The notes under the pieces were generated by a model that saw only the letters and a program-made list of their open reading frames with translations, did not search any database and was not told the origin of the DNA. From positions 1-44,257 of the forward strand of contig LT642174.1 of assembly GCA_900128585.1 (NCBI GenBank): DNA of 44,257 bases, in the 5' to 3' direction. Source of the stretch: Stramenopiles sp. TOSAG23-3. Its lineage: Eukaryota. The position numbers and the translations under genes are program-made. The number at the start of each line of letters is the position of its first letter. Position 1 is the first letter of the stretch. Positions 1-11,030 of this stretch are shown here, piece after piece.

Positions 1-24
1 AACTAACTAGATATGTCTCCGAAT

Positions 25-209
25 GACCAAACGTAAACGAAAGTAAGTCAAGAACCAAATGGACCAAACGTAAACGAAAGTAAATCAAGAACCAACTGGA
101 CCAAACGTAAACGAAAGTAAGTCAAGAACCAACTGGAACAAACGTAAACGAAAGTAAGTCAAGAACCAACTGGACCAAACTTAAACGAAAGTAAATCAAG
201 AACCAACTA
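25..209. repeat. Tandem minisatellite, 5 copies of a 37-bp unit (GACCAAACGTAAACGAAAGTAARTCAAGAACCAAMTG)
   Basis: Units start at 25, 62, 99, 136 and 173 with only 1-3 substitutions each. There are no unique spacers. Confidence 0.95.
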
Positions 210-470
210 GATCTTTGATAACAGACATACGGTTAATTATTTTTTGTTAGATCCTAATAAAAATAGGGATGGGATGGTCGATGGATGGACAGGAAAATGT
301 TGTGACCACTGTTCCACAGATGTCTCCAGAGTAAGTAGGAAATAATTATATAGGCAATTATTTAGTATTTTAATAGTATATATGAGCGTAAAACGAATTT
401 CTATTTTAAGGGGGACTTTCGATGGTGAAAATAAGATTTAATAATTTAGTAAGTAAATACAACTAAAAAT

Positions 471-524
471 TAACAGACAGTTTAGCTGTCTGTTATGATT
501 AACAGACAGTTTAGCTGTCTGTTA
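471..524. repeat. Two tandem copies of a perfect 10-bp-stem hairpin (TAACAGACAG-TTTAG-CTGTCTGTTA)
   Basis: Copies lie at 471-495 and 500-524; the arms are exact reverse complements. Confidence 0.9.
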
Positions 525-772
525 TCAAGGAGAGGGATATAATATATGAGATCATTTGTAATGATAAGACTATTGTATATATAAGGATTTAGATTAAATC
601 ACTTATTGATATTAGTTATTACTAAATAGAATTAAAAAATGATAAAATATACCTCTTTTATATATACACAACATATAAAATCGTTATATATAAATATCCT
701 TAATTATATATTATTTTGTCTCTCCTGCCCTTAGCTATGATAGATTGTGATTTAAAAGATGACACTCACCTC

Positions 773-1053
773 TTTCTTCGTTCTTCTTCTTTCTTCTTCT
801 TCTTTCTTTTTTGTTCTTCTTCTTTCTTTTTTGTTCTTCTTCTTCGTTCTTCTTTCTTCTTCTTTCTTCGTTCTTTCTTCGTTCTTTCTTGTTCTTCTTC
901 TTCTTTCTTCTTCTTCTTCTTCTTTCTTCTTCTTTCTTCTTCTTCTTCTTCTTCTTTCTTCTTCTTCTTCTTTCTTCTTCTCTCTTCTTCTTCTTCTTTC
1001 TTCTTCTTTCTTCTTCTTCTTCTTCTTTCTTCTTCTTTCTTTCTTCTTCTTCT
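773..1053. repeat. Imperfect (TTC)n microsatellite
   Basis: About 280 bp of TTC/TTTC repeats; explains the spurious poly-S/F/L and poly-K/E/R ORFs. Confidence 0.95.
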
Positions 1054-2153
1054 TTGGATTCCTTCCAATTCTTCTTGGAACATCCTTTGCTATATCTATA
1101 TTAAAACAACTATTTCACATCATTCACACTTTTGATTTATTTAGACCTGTACATATAAATACAAATACATTCATAAGTTCATATGCTATGTTTATATTAA
1201 TATAATGTATACCTTTCACAGCATTTGGAATCCTTTCAATTAGTTTTAGAGCATACACAGAACTAGACTATATGCACATAGCAAAGAGATCATATTGAAT
1301 GGCTTGGAGAAGTAATTAAGAAATGCAAACCTCCTTTCCAATTTTTAACATAGAAATAAGGAGAAGAACAAACGAGATCGTTGATTGAAGTTCGAGTAGA
1401 GACCGTAGTAGTATGGAGTAGAAGGAAGAAAATGAAATATTAGTGAGAACAAAATAACATAAGAATAGCAAGTCCAACAATCCTAGAATTGGGATAAAAA
1501 AACGAAAGAAGGAAAGGAGGGTTAAAAATGATAGAGAAAACTACTTTTAATATTAAGGATAATATTTTAATATAATTAATACTAATACATTTATAATATA
1601 TACAGCATTCATAACGTTTCATTGTAATTGATATCAATTGATTTAATATTTATACAGCATAGAGTATGGTTAATTTAGTGACTTTAAATATTTTCCTATT
1701 CAAAATAGACATTTATGTAGTTAAATACATAACAATACTATAATATAAAATATTACAGAATGATTTCTATTACTAAAACCATGAAGGAGGAAGAAATTCG
1801 TGGAAGAATTATGGCTCTGCATTTACATACGAATAGCATTGACTTTACCAACTGCATCGCTTTCCTGAAGAAAAAAGACACAACAACATATTTTTAATTG
1901 ATAATAACATAGAAATACTACCTACCTGCCCGGCCAATCGATCTTTTACGAAAAGCAGCTGTAACATCTCATCAATACGTACATGCATGCATGCGTCTTT
2001 CTCACTGCTTCTGTTTGGGATTGCGTTCTTAAAATCAGAGTAAGTTTTGTGAAGAAATGAAACAGCGCGTTGAAGAAATTACAAAAAAAATTAAGAATAG
2101 ACTATTTTTATACAAACAAACAAGGGGGATTCGACAACCAGTTTGCACCCCCC

Positions 2154-2762
2154 ATGCAACAGAACGACGGTGGCTTCGATGGGGGCAACGCTGGCTTCAA
2201 CGGTGGCAATAACTTCAGCCAGGCTCCTCCACAAGGTGGTCGTAGCTATGGTGGTGGCCGTGGACGTGGCGTTTGCTTTGCGTGGCAGCGTGGCGATTGC
2301 TCATACGGGGACACCTGTAAGTTTTCACACAGCGAGGATGGCCAAGCCGCAGCGGGCGGAAACGGCGGCGGCCAAGGTTACGGATTCAACCGCTCGAAGT
2401 CACGCGGCGCTTGCTTTGCGTTTCAACGTGGTGAGTGCGACCGAGGGGACTCGTGCCGCTTCAGCCATAGCGACGGGGCCAGTTCCAGTTCCAACTGGCG
2501 CAGTGGAGGAGGAGGCAGAGGCGGCCGCTCACGCGGGGCCTGCTTTGCGTTTCAACGCGGAGAATGTGACCGTGGGGATGGGTGCCGCTTTTCACATACC
2601 GAAGGGGCTGAATCAACCCCCAGTTCCAACTGGCGAGGCGGTGGCAGCAGTCGACCACGAGGCGTGTGCTTTTCGTGGCAGCGTGGCGAATGTAATTATG
2701 GGGACAGCTGTAAGTTTTCGCACGAGGATGCCAGTGCGAACAGTGGCGGTTTTAAAAATTAA
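2154..2762 (+). CDS. CCCH zinc-finger (4 fingers), Gly/RGG-rich RNA-binding protein; 5' end uncertain
   Basis: Four C-x7-C-x5-C-x3-H repeats (e.g. CFAWQRGDCSYGDTCKFSH, CFAFQRGECDRGDSCRFSH) with RGG-rich linkers. First in-frame ATG is at 2154, although coding-like composition begins near 2124. Confidence 0.9.
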   Translation: MQQNDGGFDGGNAGFNGGNNFSQAPPQGGRSYGGGRGRGVCFAWQRGDCSYGDTCKFSHSEDGQAAAGGNGGGQGYGFNRSKSRGACFAFQRGECDRGDSCRFSHSDGASSSSNWRSGGGGRGGRSRGACFAFQRGECDRGDGCRFSHTEGAESTPSSNWRGGGSSRPRGVCFSWQRGECNYGDSCKFSHEDASANSGGFKN

Positions 2763-3489
2763 GACGCCCAGCCGAGAGAAGCTCATCATCAGGCCCGACA
2801 CCAACTGAACTGAATGTTGCTAACGTTATGGGAGCTCGGTGGGGATTTCTTTGCAAATGAGTCCATCTGTCTGAAGTAACACATCGTCTTTCTGAAAAAT
2901 CATCGAAATGAGGGCGGTCGCCACCACCTCTGCGATCGACCGAAACTGTTTATGGATATATATAAAAATATATAATTTGTTTTTTTTTATATATTATATT
3001 ATTTTGGTTTTACCTTCTTTTTTCTTTTCTTTTTTGAGAGTCTTAAAACATACTATATAATTTGTTTTTTATATTATTTTGATTTTATGTTATTATTATT
3101 TGTTGAATTATTTTTTTAAAACTACTACACCTTCTTACTAACTAATTATAATTACAAATAATATAATAAAAAAAAAAGAAAATGATGAGTTTTTTTTTCT
3201 TCTTTCTTCTTCTTCTTCTTCTTTTCTATAATTACATAGGCTTATTGGTAATATATAAGTACAAAGTATAGTAAACTTAACTGAGTTGGGTGAGTTTAGC
3301 AGGGGGATGGGGGACTTCTTCTTTGTTTGAAAAAAGAAGAAGAGAGAGCAGAGCCTCTTCTTTCTCTCTCTGGGGCTCTGGGCTCTGGGGGTGTTGGATG
3401 AGATTTATTTTTTCTTTTAAATTATATATAGGTGATATATAAGTACAAAGTATAATTTAAATAGTAAAAGACTTGTGAAGTTGTAATGA

Positions 3490-3600
3490 TTTCTTTCTTC
3501 TTCTTTCTTCTTCTTTCTTCTTCTTCTTCTTCTTCTTCTTCTTTCTTCTTCTTCTTCTTCTTCTTCTTCCTTTCTTCTTCTTCTTCTTTTCATTTCTTCT
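3490..3600. repeat. (TTC)n microsatellite
   Basis: Direct reading of the sequence. Confidence 0.9.
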
Positions 3601-3946
3601 CTTTATCCGTTGCTCTTCGAAGAAGTAATAATAGGAAAATAATGAAGGAATTCCATATTTATATTTTAATAAGATCGATATTTTAGAATCTATTGATGTT
3701 GTTCATATATGTTGTATACAATGACCATGTAAAGTTTATTTATCATATTATTTATATATTAAAAATTTAATGAATTGATGTTGTTTTCTTTTGTTGTAGC
3801 TTTACTTTTTTGTTGTAACAAAAACTCATAAAAAAAAATAATAAAAAATTTTTTGTTATCATCCTCCTCTCCTCCTCCTTTTTTGTTGTCTTTTTTGTGT
3901 TTATTAATAATTATATATATATATCAAGTTTTCACAAACCACATGC

Positions 3947-3947
<1 letters not shown>

Positions 3948-3977
<30 letters not shown>

Positions 3978-3986
3978 CATACATAC
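3948..3986. repeat. (TACA)n tetranucleotide microsatellite
   Basis: About 10 perfect units upstream of the 4165 ORF. Confidence 0.9.
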
Positions 3987-4164
3987 ACATTCTACCAAAG
4001 TTTGAATGCTTATCCTTCACGGGTTTTACGCATTTTACCGTTTTCGTTGCTTTCGTTGCTTTTGTTGTTTTCGTTTTGTTCGGAAACGGTAGGTACATAC
4101 ACTTCACTTTTCTACACCCCATTTATACTACGCCCCCATTATACAGGACAATTGCTACAGCACA

Positions 4165-6171
4165 ATGGATTTGGGTTTGGAAGAATTGATCGCGACGACA
4201 AATGCTGAAATTACGAAGAAGACCAGTGGCCCGGAGTCCAAGGAGGAGTCCAAAGAGTCATCCTCTCAGCAGCTGGACACGGACGATTGGGGCATCGGGA
4301 GTTCGATCGTAGAGAACCCGCAAGGAAGCGAACAAGACAGCGGATCATCGTCGATCCTGCCAATGGTTTCTCCGGTGAAGAGACCAATGACCAGCGCAGT
4401 GATGGGAGGCAGTTCCCTCGGAGATTCTTCCTCCTCCTCCATCATCGCGTCGCCCCCGCCCATACAGAAAAACCAGACCCGGCGGCCGCAGACCTCGGCG
4501 AGCGCGCCGAACCTGATGAACAGCAGCATAAGCTCAAGCCTATCGGAAAACAGCAACATGACCCCGGCCCGGGCCCATTTGCTCCCGGCATACGAGACAG
4601 CGCAGGATATGACCCAGCAGAAGGAAAAGTATGCTCGCTGGCTTCGCAAAGAAGGCGTCAAAGCGTCCTGCCATCGGTTGGGTATTAACATAAAGGACTT
4701 AAAGCACCGCTCGCTGGATTTTTTTCGCCGAGAACCCAACCGCCCGTTTGATGTGCCGCCCTACATCCAGATGCAGCGCTTCAAGCACCACGAGCAGCGG
4801 CGCGTGGCCAAAGTGGCACTGGTGCTAACGGACCTCGAGCAGCAGCGTGATCGTTTAAACGGAAAGTTGGGCAACAAGAAGAAGCACGGCGCGCTGAATG
4901 ATGACGATATGAGGAAAACGTTCTCCCGGACAATCGTGAACGAACGAAGACGGCTGAGATCCATAGAAAGCTCGCGCACGAAGGCCTGGGGCGTGCTCAT
5001 GAACGAGAACCACGTCCTGCACGGGATCCGAAATAAATACAAAACTAAGCTGGGCCACACGAAGAAGCGTGAAAAAGTCATGCAGAGACGGAAACAAATG
5101 CAGCAAGAACAGGCGTTAAAGAAATCCCAAGCAAAAGCTTCGTACGCCAAAAAGGTCCGGCAACAGGCCGACGATCGGTTCAACCACAAAATCACCTTGG
5201 CCCGTGGTGAAGTCATGCGCAACGCCAAGCGTGCCGAGGAACGACGGCGACGAGTGGAGGCCGAGAAGAAACGGTTGGTGGTGGACCAGGACTTGGTCGA
5301 GAAACGCAGACAAGACATTAAGGACAGGTTGAAGAACGCGATGGCAGAGCGCGCGCACCGGGCGGACCAGAAGCGAGCTGCGGCCGATAGGAGGAACCGG
5401 CTGCGACGAGAAGAAATGCGCAAACGGTTCGAGCAAGAGCGGGAACGACGGGCCTTAAAGGCTCGGGACCAGGCTGAACAAGTCCAAATGCAGCGAAAGG
5501 CCATGCTGGCGAAGCAAGCCGCTGCGCAGGAGGAGCGCATGGCGTGGAAGAAACGCATGGGGCTCTTGAAAGAGTTGGAAATCGCCATAGCGCACGAACG
5601 CCAATTGGAAAAGAAGAACCGAAGAAAGATGGAATGGGAGCGAAAGCAGAAAACAATATTCCTTCGGGACCAATTGCCTGGCCCGGGAGAGTACGACGTC
5701 CCGACGACGATTGGGAAGGGCAAAGGCGCTGCAAAATGGGGAGATTCTAACCCGAAGAGCGACGTCGAATGGGCCATATACTATGCAAAAGATTTGCCTG
5801 GCCCTGGCCAATACCATGTCAAGGATCAGAGTTCTGCCGCACCGTGCGCAAGGTTCAGCCAGTTTACGCCGAAGAGCGACGTCGATTGGCTTATTTATTA
5901 CGCGTCTCAAAAACCAGGCCCTGGCCAGTACGAGCCCAAGTCCGTCAAATCGCGGGCTGGCGTTACCTTTTCCAAATTCACACCGAAGGGAGAGATTGAT
6001 AAAATTGTTGAAAAGGCCAGAGAAATGCCTGGGCCTTCGGACTATAGTGCTTCTGACCTTCGTCCAGTGAAGCGGCGTTCGTTGTTCGAACTGAAAACGT
6101 TACTTGGGGCAGACATAGATGTTGAGCAAGTACAGTCGAGACACAAGATTGTTGCAGAGGGGGAAGAATAA
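4165..6171 (+). CDS. Coiled-coil protein with C-terminal PGPG-x-Y (SHIPPO/ODF3/STPG-type) repeats; probable axonemal/ciliary protein
   Basis: 668-aa ORF with ATG in ACAATGG context. Ser-rich N-terminus, long R/K/E/Q helical middle, and four repeats PGPGEY, PGPGQY, PGPGQY, PGPSDY, linked by PKSDV(E/D)W-type units. Confidence 0.8.
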   Translation: MDLGLEELIATTNAEITKKTSGPESKEESKESSSQQLDTDDWGIGSSIVENPQGSEQDSGSSSILPMVSPVKRPMTSAVMGGSSLGDSSSSSIIASPPPIQKNQTRRPQTSASAPNLMNSSISSSLSENSNMTPARAHLLPAYETAQDMTQQKEKYARWLRKEGVKASCHRLGINIKDLKHRSLDFFRREPNRPFDVPPYIQMQRFKHHEQRRVAKVALVLTDLEQQRDRLNGKLGNKKKHGALNDDDMRKTFSRTIVNERRRLRSIESSRTKAWGVLMNENHVLHGIRNKYKTKLGHTKKREKVMQRRKQMQQEQALKKSQAKASYAKKVRQQADDRFNHKITLARGEVMRNAKRAEERRRRVEAEKKRLVVDQDLVEKRRQDIKDRLKNAMAERAHRADQKRAAADRRNRLRREEMRKRFEQERERRALKARDQAEQVQMQRKAMLAKQAAAQEERMAWKKRMGLLKELEIAIAHERQLEKKNRRKMEWERKQKTIFLRDQLPGPGEYDVPTTIGKGKGAAKWGDSNPKSDVEWAIYYAKDLPGPGQYHVKDQSSAAPCARFSQFTPKSDVDWLIYYASQKPGPGQYEPKSVKSRAGVTFSKFTPKGEIDKIVEKAREMPGPSDYSASDLRPVKRRSLFELKTLLGADIDVEQVQSRHKIVAEGEE

Positions 6172-6695
6172 GCGTTGATTTTCAAAGCAAAGGAAGGTAA
6201 AAAAGAAGAAAAGTTTTTCGGGTTTATGATCGGAGTGAACCTTAAAACCGTTGTAGACCACCCGAAAGATGGCAATCATTAAACTTTAAATTAAAATTTA
6301 ACCAGCCAGTCGTAGTCCGTGATAATATCACCCACCTTTGGAGACTCTTGATAATATGCTTTTATGTATTCCTTGCTTATCTACCACCACCATTTTTTAC
6401 ATTCCAAAATATTACAGCGCCATTTCGGCCTTTCATTCAGAACAATCGACTGATTTGTAGTAATTCACGGTGTTGAAAAACTCATTCCATACGGCACTCG
6501 CGAGTCGTATTTGGCAAATTATTCCGACTGATGAGTGCGCCGATGCGTTTGAAAAAAAAGGGCTCGAAAGGATTTTGAAGCTTGAAAGTCTGTACAGCAA
6601 TTTCCTGAATAGGTTTTGGGACGAGGTCAACTTACGCCAAGACTATCAGAATACTATTTGGGGCAGATCCAGGCATCTAGCCCAACCCGCGTTAC

Positions 6696-7661
6696 TTACG
6701 GGCGACGACTAAATTTGATGGTCTTGTTGCGATTTTGAAATCCTTTCGTTTTGTCCTTAATGGCCGGGTCGGTGTGCTGTTTTTGTTGCTGCTTCTTCTG
6801 TTTTTTCTTCCCTTTCTCTTTAGGTTTGTCGTTTGCTTTTGGTTTCCCTGGCAATAGGTTGATTGTGATTTTATTTCCTTTTACTTTGTGGTTGTACTTC
6901 GTTTCTCCGTTAATCTCAAACGGTTTCAACCCCTGTGCAACGGCGTACTCGCTGACAGAGTTGATGATGCGATTTGCCAAGTCCACCGATTGGCCGTACG
7001 ACTTTTGCTTCACATTCCATCGCCGCAAAAGCCATATCTGGGCATCGACGCGGTGGCCACTTTTCACAAAATCAAGGATCCGTTCAATATTTCGGTTAAT
7101 ATCGCCTTCATCGATGTTTGATTTAAACTTAAAGGTTTTTAATTCTTTTTGCTTTCCCATTTGCGAGACCCGCTGAGCCTGGGCCTTCTTTCGCGCTTCG
7201 AATTCCAACTTCTTCAGGTCCCCGAACGTGCAGATGACCGGCTTCGACCGCCCATCCAACAAAATCAAATCCGAGTCTTTCGACTTTGCTTCCCGCATCG
7301 CTTTCCTAAATGAAACAGGTTCCCCAACCCTTTGCCTGCTCTCGTCCACGAGCTGTATGGTTTCGTGCTGTCTTAACTGGTTGTTGGCGACGATTCTGGC
7401 AAGCCGGTGTTTCGCACCGACCCTAGCACGTCTTCGAAAGCCAGTGGCAAAACTGTTGTCCGCCTGATGCGCGAACGGACTAATGGTGGGAAAATATATG
7501 GCGCGACGGCTGTGGTTCGACGGGACAACGGGGGCAGCCAAAACAAAGGCAGCGCGACTTCGCACGTGCACTCCCCGCACGCCAGTCACACGGGGAACTG
7601 CCCTTCCAGCATGCCGACAAAGAAGCGCTGACTGTGCCGCAAGGTGGGACGCTAAAAACAT
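6696..7661 (-). CDS. MTIF3: Organellar (probably mitochondrial) translation initiation factor IF-3
   Basis: Arg/Ala-rich, acid-poor N-terminal presequence. IF3-N-like ANNQLRQHETIQLVDE...AMREAKSKDSDLILLD...KPVICTFGDLKKLEFE, then IF3-C-like KELKTFKFKSNIDEGDINRNIERILDFVKSGHRV. Confidence 0.8.
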   Translation of the reverse strand: MFLASHLAAQSALLCRHAGRAVPRVTGVRGVHVRSRAAFVLAAPVVPSNHSRRAIYFPTISPFAHQADNSFATGFRRRARVGAKHRLARIVANNQLRQHETIQLVDESRQRVGEPVSFRKAMREAKSKDSDLILLDGRSKPVICTFGDLKKLEFEARKKAQAQRVSQMGKQKELKTFKFKSNIDEGDINRNIERILDFVKSGHRVDAQIWLLRRWNVKQKSYGQSVDLANRIINSVSEYAVAQGLKPFEINGETKYNHKVKGNKITINLLPGKPKANDKPKEKGKKKQKKQQQKQHTDPAIKDKTKGFQNRNKTIKFSRRP

Positions 7662-8681
7662 CCTTAACGTAAATGCGTATGGTCTGCGAGCGAATTGTTA
7701 TTAATTCCAGGCAACGAAAGTATAGGAATTTAGTTTCTTTCCTATGCTTTCGTGGTAATTCTTAAAATACATTCAAAAGTATGCCGCAGTAAGTGATACA
7801 AAATCCCATTCCTCCCCTCCTCGCTCCAATAAAATCATCTCGTCGGTTTTTTTTCGTATAATTTTTTATTTTTATATTTTTTATTATTATTATTATTTAT
7901 TATTATTATTATTTATTATATATATTAACGATATGCAATTGATGGTATTTCTATATATATTTATAATATTTAATTTATTAGACCGACGCTCACCATCATT
8001 TTCCCTCGCTCTGTTCTTCTTCTTTTTTTTTTGAATTTATTATAATAATAGTTCACATTCTACTTTTTAATTAGATTTTATGGTAATTATGTACTGTTGT
8101 TGTATTAATTATATGTATTTAAATAGGAATGGTGTTATTTCTTCTTCTTATTATTTAAAAACTTATATTGTACTCCTCTTCTTCTCATTTTATCATCTTT
8201 TTCATTCTTCATCTTTCTTCTTCTTCTCAAATAATAATATTGATAATAATAAATATTCTCAAAAAAAAAGAAGAAAAGAAAGAAGAAGAAGACAGAAAGA
8301 AAGAAAGAAAGAAAAAAGAAGATGCAGCAAAAAAAAATGCAACGGCGGCGGCTGTTTTTTGTTGTGTTTATTATTTCTTGTTTCCAGTTTCCACTGTGTG
8401 TTTGTTATTATTATTATTTGTTCTATTATTATAAGTATCGAACGAAGAAGGTGACGTTTACTTAAAACTGTATAGCTGAAATACTCAAAACATATAGATA
8501 TTTAATATAGATATTTGGGGAGGTCGATCGCGCAATTGCAAAGTTTAAAATATCTTTTAGAGTTTGTGGTGCCTGGTATATAGAGGTTGTTTTGAGTTTT
8601 GATAGTGGACTGAGGAGTTAGTTTTGGTATAGAGAAATAGTTTTTCCGTGGGCGAGCGACCGGGCGAGTGTGCGTTTGTAA

Positions 8682-11030
8682 ATGGTTGCGTTTGATATTA
8701 TTTTAACCGCCAAGGCTCTGGCACGGTCGGATGAGGTTAACATTTCGGTGACAAGGGTTATGGAGCTTTCTGCTGTGTACGAACTGCTGCTCCTCCTCCT
8801 GTCCGGAAAAGATGCCGAGACCTACAACATGTATGCGAAGCTCCCCCGGCCTGGACCGGTAGGGTCACCGAGCAACGCTATTAAGAGCTTGAAGCAGAAG
8901 AACAAACTGTCCAGCAGCCCCTCGGATGAAAGCAGCAGTTCGCGGTCAGAGAGCAAAACCGGGGAGGAGACGAAAGAGAACAATTTTTTTGACGGGTACG
9001 AGCTAGCGTTTGGGGCGTTTCTTACCCTGACGTCCGGACCTTTCGCAGCGCAAGTTCGAGCGGCAATGTGCGACAACCCGGAGAAGTACGAGCGCGCGTG
9101 GCGGTTGTTGCTTTTGTGCCCCGGTTCCGCGGCGAATTCGGGATTAAAGTATAGCCTTCACTTCATTGACGGTGGCCTGGGTGGCGGCGGTCAGGGGGGT
9201 AAAAACGTCAACGACCACATTATTGGCCGGTACCTTTCCAGGTTATACATATCATTTTTAGAAAATACTAACTACGCAGTTGTGTTTTTAGAGCAGGTCA
9301 ACAAATGGAATGTAACGCAGCACTTTTTTGAGCGACTACATCTTCCGTCGATGGCACGCTTCTTGGACTTTTTTTTAGACACGCCCACCAACGGTATCAA
9401 GCTTAAAATGGACGGGGGCATGTTGGCGGCAGCGCTCTTTGACGAGGACAAGGCCCTCACGACGTCGTACTTTATGCAAGGGGTTATGTCGAAACCAATG
9501 GAGTCGTCGACCCGAGTGAACGACATGTTGAAGGACCAGTTCTGTGAAAATGCTGACGTGGCAGAGAAGCTTGTCGGTTCCGTTTTTCGGAAACTAGGGA
9601 GTCCGCCGTCGGCAAGCCGCCAGTTGTGCCGTGGTTTGGATGTGTTGACTGCGATAGTCGAATCTCACGATGGGGGCTGTGTCAGTGTTGGCGAGGAGGA
9701 GTGGCAAGAGCATGATTGTGCTTTGGCGGCAATGCCGTTGTTCAAAATGATAGTTGATAAAGTCCCGTTCTGCGTCCAGGTACTGTTGGACCACATACTG
9801 GAGGGCGACGAGCAAGGAACGGACGGGGACGCGTTCATTATGCGCACGCCAAAGAAGAAGACGTCCACGACAAAAAAAACAGAAGATGACATCAGTAGCA
9901 TCCGCCTACCAGTCCACGTAATGCAAATTGCCAAGTTTCTCGTGTCGCTGGTCCGTTTGGAGTGCGCGTTTGTGGACAAGTACTTGCTCCAGCACAAGGT
10001 GCTCCAGGCGTTAGTTAGTTTGTTTTATTGCCACAAGGACAGCCCGATTTTGCTCGCGGCTATTTCCGGTACATTTACGTTTTTACTCTTGCATAAGCAC
10101 CCCGTAACGAACGAGCTGCAATCATATAGAAGGAAAAAGGGAGACAAATTACGGAGGGACTTGATAGACAATACCATATTTTTTTCCAACGCAACGACGA
10201 TGCTCGAAAGCAAGCGCACGAACCACACCGAAGACTCGTTTGGTTTCATGGTGCTTTTGCTTAACGTTTTGAAGCGTTCCAACGAAGAAATAAAAGACGA
10301 GGGCGTAAAGTCATGGATCAAGCAGCATTTGGAAAAGCACAACAAAATTGCGTTTGGAAAGCCCTCAGGACCATTTGATGTCCAAGAGTCCGAAGCAGTG
10401 GTGCAAGAAGTCCTTGCGTCCCCAAAGGCGGATGGTAACTTTGACTGCGATGGGTTCAAAATACAAACCGATGGGGAGATTACGATCGAGAGCCCTTTCA
10501 AAATAACAATGCGGGAAGATGACGAGCGACGGGCAATGGAAGAAAGCAAACGGAACGAGCAGTTGAAGCGGGTCAAGAAGAGAGTCGTGAATCAGGAGAA
10601 AGTGTCGAAGAAGGTGGCATCCGAGCGGCACTCCTCGCGCATGCAGCGGGCGAACAAACGAATGCAGGGTGGGTCGCTTAGCGACGACGAGGAAGAGGGT
10701 GGGATAGACCACCGGGAAGGCCGCCTGGGAAGAATGTTCTCGTCCCCTTCGGGGATGCCCTCTTCCCTCCCATCATTATCGTTCTCTTCGTCCGATGAAG
10801 AGAACGAGATTGATTTCGGTAGCGAAGAGCTTGCGGCGCACAACGATAGAATATTTCGACAACTCAGCAACGGCAGCACAAACAGCCTGGACAACGAAGA
10901 CGACACGCCTGGGTGGCATGCGGTGACGCCGAAAGGAAAGTCCCTCAGTAGCGCTGCCATTTTCGATACCCCTTCGCCGTACGGTTCAGGTGCGGACGTT
11001 TCATCGGGGGGAAGAGGAGACCATAAATAA
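8682..11030 (+). CDS. Divergent SIT4-associated protein (SAPS / PP6 regulatory subunit)-like protein
   Basis: 782-aa ORF. Helical segments FFERLHLPSMARFLDFFL and HVMQIAKFLVSLVRLECAFVDKYLLQHKVLQALVSLFYCHKDSPIL resemble conserved SAPS blocks; acidic, disordered C-terminus. The ORF is clear, the family call is by eye. Confidence 0.6.
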   Translation: MVAFDIILTAKALARSDEVNISVTRVMELSAVYELLLLLLSGKDAETYNMYAKLPRPGPVGSPSNAIKSLKQKNKLSSSPSDESSSSRSESKTGEETKENNFFDGYELAFGAFLTLTSGPFAAQVRAAMCDNPEKYERAWRLLLLCPGSAANSGLKYSLHFIDGGLGGGGQGGKNVNDHIIGRYLSRLYISFLENTNYAVVFLEQVNKWNVTQHFFERLHLPSMARFLDFFLDTPTNGIKLKMDGGMLAAALFDEDKALTTSYFMQGVMSKPMESSTRVNDMLKDQFCENADVAEKLVGSVFRKLGSPPSASRQLCRGLDVLTAIVESHDGGCVSVGEEEWQEHDCALAAMPLFKMIVDKVPFCVQVLLDHILEGDEQGTDGDAFIMRTPKKKTSTTKKTEDDISSIRLPVHVMQIAKFLVSLVRLECAFVDKYLLQHKVLQALVSLFYCHKDSPILLAAISGTFTFLLLHKHPVTNELQSYRRKKGDKLRRDLIDNTIFFSNATTMLESKRTNHTEDSFGFMVLLLNVLKRSNEEIKDEGVKSWIKQHLEKHNKIAFGKPSGPFDVQESEAVVQEVLASPKADGNFDCDGFKIQTDGEITIESPFKITMREDDERRAMEESKRNEQLKRVKKRVVNQEKVSKKVASERHSSRMQRANKRMQGGSLSDDEEEGGIDHREGRLGRMFSSPSGMPSSLPSLSFSSSDEENEIDFGSEELAAHNDRIFRQLSNGSTNSLDNEDDTPGWHAVTPKGKSLSSAAIFDTPSPYGSGADVSSGGRGDHK

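Noticed and set aside
25-209. Possible CRISPR array (37-bp periodicity)
   Set aside because: Units are contiguous with no unique spacers, no cas genes are present, and the context is eukaryotic.
716-1205. Overlapping ORFs rich in F/S/L or K/E/R
   Set aside because: Translation artefacts of the TTC microsatellite. The same applies to 3486-3686, 8080-8454, 18221-18471, 27747-28077 and 43846-44246.
4761-5777. Long antisense ORFs (also 12305-13165, 25980-26687, 41568-42515)
   Set aside because: Shadows of real genes on the opposite strand, with no motifs of their own.
6433-6712. Short ORFs between the PGPG-repeat gene and IF-3
   Set aside because: Non-ATG starts and no motifs; more likely 3' UTR sequence.
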